Below, one piece after another: positions 61,052-64,000 of a stretch of 64,000 nucleotides of DNA. The notes below the pieces were generated by a model. The model was not told the origin of the DNA, ran no database searches, and worked only from the letters and a program-made list of their open reading frames with translations. This stretch comes from an uncultured Gammaproteobacteria bacterium (GTDB lineage: Bacteria > Pseudomonadota > Gammaproteobacteria > Arenicellales > JAANXG01), in NCBI GenBank assembly GCA_963731035.1, contig CAVSUY010000022.1:81962-145961 (forward strand). The letters are read 5' to 3'. Each line of letters starts with the position of its first letter. Positions within the stretch are counted from its first letter, which is position 1. The translations under genes were made by a program, and so were the position numbers.

Positions 61052-63358
61052 ATGAACCGCATTGATCGATTGATTTGCAATCACGGGACCGGCGCATTCG
61101 CAGCCATTGACAAAAAGGCGAAAAGGGCCGGCAAAAGGTTGGCGCCCTGCGCTGCCACGGCAATGGCCCTGATGATATCGCTGGGAACCAACGCCTACGC
61201 GCAGCCCGTGGGTGGTGTCGTCTCGGCGGGTGGCGCCAGCATCCACACCAACGGGAGCAGCACGACCATTACCCAGACGACCCAGAAGACGGCGATCAAC
61301 TGGCAGCGTTTCGACATCGCACCGGCAGAATCGGTCCAGTTCGTGCAGCCCGGCAACAGCTCGGTGGCGCTCAACCGGGTGCTGGGTTCCGACCCTTCGA
61401 GCATAATGGGCCGTCTGTCGGCCAATGGCCAAGTGTTCCTTCTGAACCCGAACGGCGTTCTGTTCGGCAAGGGCGCGCAAGTGAATGTGGGCGGGCTGGT
61501 GGCGTCCACTCTCGGCATCACCGACGCCGACTTCATGGCCGGTCGATACAAATTCAACGGCGCCGGCTCCGGGAAGGTGCTCAACCAGGGCTCGATCGAG
61601 GCCGACGGCGGCTACGTGGCCCTGCTTGGTGCGAACGTCAGCAATGAAGGCGTGATCTCGGCCAGGCTCGGCACGGTGGCGCTCGCCGGCGGCAACGCCG
61701 TCACCCTCGACGTGGCCGGCGATGGGCTTCTCAATGTCACGGTGGACCAGGGTGTAGCGAACGCGCTGGTTGGAAACAGCGGGCGCATCACCGCTGATGG
61801 CGGACAGGTGCTGATGACCACGCAGGTGGCCGGGAGCCTGTTGCAGGGCGCGGTGAACAACACCGGCGTGGTTCAGGCCCAGACCATCGAGAACCGCGAT
61901 GGCAAGATCATGCTGATGGGCAGCATGAAAAATGGCACCGTGAACGCCGGCGGCACGCTGGACGCCTCGGCGCCGAACAGCGGCGATGGCGGCTTCATCG
62001 AAACCTCGGCGGCGCATGTCAAAATCGCCGACGCCGCCGTCGTTACCACCCAATCGGCGCACGGCAAGGTCGGCACGTTCTTGATTGATCCGTCGGACTA
62101 CACAATCGCCCCGACAGGCGGCGACACCACTGCCGCCGACCTCGTTGTGCTGTTGGGTTCAAACGACGTGACAATCAACAGTGACGATGGTGGAAGTGGT
62201 ACGAACGGCGATATTTTTGTCAACGACGCAGTCACCTGGACGACGACGAACACCCTGACCTTGGATGCGCAGCGGGACGTGAACATCAACGAGGCAATCA
62301 CCGCCACGACCGGAAATCTCGAGGTGTACGCCGGTAGAGACGTCCGTGGCGCTGGCGCCATCACAGTTACGGATGGAAACGTCACGGTGTGCTGTGGACG
62401 GAATCTAAACCTCGGAGGGACCTTGACGGTGACCAGGGGATTCGCTCAATTGGGTGCCGGTAAGAATGTGGATATGGCGGCGATCACGATGACGGGCCCT
62501 GGCGCCGACCTTTCGATCTGTGCCGGAAAAAACATAAATCTCAACGGGGCGGCTACCGTAACCGATGGGAGCGTCGAACTGTTCGCTGGTGTCGACTCCA
62601 GTGGACCGGGGGGCGGCACTGTGTCCATTAATGCCTCTCCCTTCACCAACACAACCTCAGACGTCAACATTTATTTCAGTCCGGCCTCGTATGGCGCGGC
62701 GACCGATTATTCGACGCTGTTTACCGATGGCAGTAGGGTGACCCAAACCATGCTGGTCTACCCAGAGGTTGCGGACAAGATCGCCGACGGTACGACCGCG
62801 GCAACAGTAATTGGTTTGAAGGGTAATCCCAGCGGCGTCAGCATTGGCGCCGGTACTGCTAATTTCAAGAACCCGGACCCCGGAAACAACAAGCCGGTCA
62901 CGTTTACCGGTTTCAGTCTTAGCAACACAGACTTTGCCTACGTCAAGGATGTGTCGGCTTTTTGCTGCATCAGCCCTAATTCGAGAACAACCGGTAACAT
63001 TATCGCGGGCCCCACACCGCCGCCGTCGACACCGCCGCCATCGACACCGCCGCCATCGACTCCACCGTCGTCGACACCGCCGTCATCGACACCTGGGCCA
63101 TCGACGCCAACGCCGACAACTGGACCGACTCCGCCCCAGCCGTCGGTGGCGCTGCTGGCCGAATCGGTGCCCATTGTCCAGCCGCCCCACCCACCGGCCT
63201 TCGTACCGCCGTTGTTCGTTGCGGGGTTGGATCTCGCGGTGAGCGGCATCAGAATGCCGCCTAACGAGCTACTTCAACTGCAGCCGGCCGCAAGGCCGGT
63301 CGAGGCGCCGCCGGAGGTCAACGTGCCGCCGCTTCCGCCCAAGCCCGACCGCAATTGA
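61052..63358 (+). CDS. TpsA exoprotein with filamentous-haemagglutinin-type TPS domain, beta-helix repeats, proline-rich linker and unassigned C-terminus
   Basis: ATG at 61052 follows GGAG. TPS motifs QKTAINWQRFDI, VALNRVLG, ANGQVFLLNPNGVLFG. A GDGGFIETSA motif, then a TPPPS repeat linker. Confidence 0.85.
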   Translation: MNRIDRLICNHGTGAFAAIDKKAKRAGKRLAPCAATAMALMISLGTNAYAQPVGGVVSAGGASIHTNGSSTTITQTTQKTAINWQRFDIAPAESVQFVQPGNSSVALNRVLGSDPSSIMGRLSANGQVFLLNPNGVLFGKGAQVNVGGLVASTLGITDADFMAGRYKFNGAGSGKVLNQGSIEADGGYVALLGANVSNEGVISARLGTVALAGGNAVTLDVAGDGLLNVTVDQGVANALVGNSGRITADGGQVLMTTQVAGSLLQGAVNNTGVVQAQTIENRDGKIMLMGSMKNGTVNAGGTLDASAPNSGDGGFIETSAAHVKIADAAVVTTQSAHGKVGTFLIDPSDYTIAPTGGDTTAADLVVLLGSNDVTINSDDGGSGTNGDIFVNDAVTWTTTNTLTLDAQRDVNINEAITATTGNLEVYAGRDVRGAGAITVTDGNVTVCCGRNLNLGGTLTVTRGFAQLGAGKNVDMAAITMTGPGADLSICAGKNINLNGAATVTDGSVELFAGVDSSGPGGGTVSINASPFTNTTSDVNIYFSPASYGAATDYSTLFTDGSRVTQTMLVYPEVADKIADGTTAATVIGLKGNPSGVSIGAGTANFKNPDPGNNKPVTFTGFSLSNTDFAYVKDVSAFCCISPNSRTTGNIIAGPTPPPSTPPPSTPPPSTPPSSTPPSSTPGPSTPTPTTGPTPPQPSVALLAESVPIVQPPHPPAFVPPLFVAGLDLAVSGIRMPPNELLQLQPAARPVEAPPEVNVPPLPPKPDRN
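63014..63103 (+). repeat. Six tandem copies of a 15-bp unit (ACACCGCCGCCRTCG) encoding T-P-P-P/S-S
   Basis: Read directly from the sequence. In frame within tpsA. Confidence 0.85.
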
Positions 63359-63500
63359 GAGCCGCCAGCCCTCCCCCCTGGCTGATCGAACATACGGTCC
63401 GGGGGTGAGAGGGCGGGTCCGGGCATTGCGGCTGCCGGTGCCCAACCGCACCGCACGGCGGACGGCAACAGGTGTGTTGCGGCATCATCCCTTAAGATCC

Positions 63501-64000
63501 ATGCGCTCGGTCGTGGCGATCATCAGCGAAGTCCTTTGCCTTGGCCTGCTCGCCGGTGGTCTCGCGCCCCCCGCGGCCACCGCCGCGGACGAGTCCGCGC
63601 AATCGTCCAACCCGAGTCGCACGGTGTTGCCTCAGGAGGACGCAAAAGTCCCGTTCATCATTGCGCCGAACCCCGTCGCGCCAGATGGCTCCAAACGGGC
63701 GAACTTTGAGCTGGAGCACGCGTCGCACGCGGCACGGAACAAGGCGGATTGGGTTGTCAACTCGGGCGACAATCGCAACATGCCGTTCGTAATCATCGAC
63801 AAGACGGACGCCAAGGTATTTGTATTCGATGTGAATGGAATGCTCCTCGGAGCGGCCCCCGCGCTGCTCGGCCTGGCGATCGGTGATGTCTCAGTCCCCG
63901 GCATCGGCGATCGGAAGATGTCGCTCATCCTTCCGCAGGAGCGCACGACGCCGGCCGGTCGTTTCGTGGCGGCACTGGGCCGCAATGCACACGGGAAGGA
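63501..64000 (+). CDS. Secreted L,D-transpeptidase-like protein (3-prime end beyond the window)
   Basis: This open frame is not in the ORF track because it has no stop within the window. Signal peptide MRSVVAIISEVLCLGLLAGGLAPPAATA. PFVIIDKTDAKVFVFDVNGMLLGAAPALLG...GD.SVPGIGDRKM...ERTTPAGRF resembles proteins annotated as L,D-transpeptidases. Confidence 0.5.
   Translation, partial: MRSVVAIISEVLCLGLLAGGLAPPAATAADESAQSSNPSRTVLPQEDAKVPFIIAPNPVAPDGSKRANFELEHASHAARNKADWVVNSGDNRNMPFVIIDKTDAKVFVFDVNGMLLGAAPALLGLAIGDVSVPGIGDRKMSLILPQERTTPAGRFVAALGRNAHGK

Noticed and set aside
63541-63985. Listed ORFs 63541..63792 (+) and 63632..63985 (-) near the window end
   Set aside because: Both have wrong-frame composition. 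The third plus frame from ATG 63501, which is unlisted because it lacks a stop within the window, encodes a signal peptide and a conserved L,D-transpeptidase-like sequence.

Overview
The window is a GC-rich bacterial chromosomal segment. Its gene order looks gammaproteobacterial: tig-clpP-clpX-lon-hupB-tRNAVal-tRNAAsp-ppiD, and lptG-lptF divergent from pepA-holC-valS. That taxonomic call is an inference from synteny and is not verified. I can support about 52 protein-coding genes and 3 tRNAs. I see no rRNA, no CRISPR array, and no transposase, integrase or phage genes.

Gene order, left to right:
- a symporter-fused sensor kinase (cut by the window edge), a hotdog thioesterase, and a LemA + DUF2207 pair
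- a complete V/A-type rotary ATPase cluster (I-K-F-E-A-B-D, plus a short C/d-like ORF and a divergent stalk-like ORF)
- an M20 peptidase, an MscK-like channel, an RDD protein, an ArnT-like GT39 and AsnB
- DUF3108, lptGF, pepA, holC, an acidic tandem-repeat protein and valS
- a CsaA-like protein, a PLP dehydratase, rsmE and rsmJ
- a Yej/Opp-type ABC importer, fabI, ppiD, two tRNAs, hupB, lon, clpX, clpP, tig and tRNA-Leu
- an EF-G paralogue, DUF3096, a GATase, glpK and NnrS
- a visibly less GC-rich accessory end with a lipoprotein, a two-partner secretion pair (TpsB/TpsA) and an L,D-transpeptidase-like gene that runs off the window

Observations most worth a second look:
1. The V/A-type ATPase cluster sits in a housekeeping context, and its catalytic A subunit is split over three reading frames.
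2. There are five frame disruptions in unrelated conserved genes: atpA (twice), the MscK-like channel, the YejE-like permease and tpsB. The pattern suggests either sequence error or gene decay.
3. A His/Asp/Glu-rich protein between holC and valS is built on 18-bp tandem repeats.
4. REP-like inverted motifs (TGTAGGAGCG / GCCGCTCCYGCAA) occur in intergenic regions.
5. The 173-nt spacer between tRNA-Val and tRNA-Asp is bracketed almost exactly by a perfect 14-bp inverted repeat.
6. The short TpsA exoprotein has a proline-rich repeat linker and an unassigned C-terminus.

I did not find a clear novel defence-type or otherwise undescribed multi-gene system. All family assignments come from reading the translations by eye, not from database searches.
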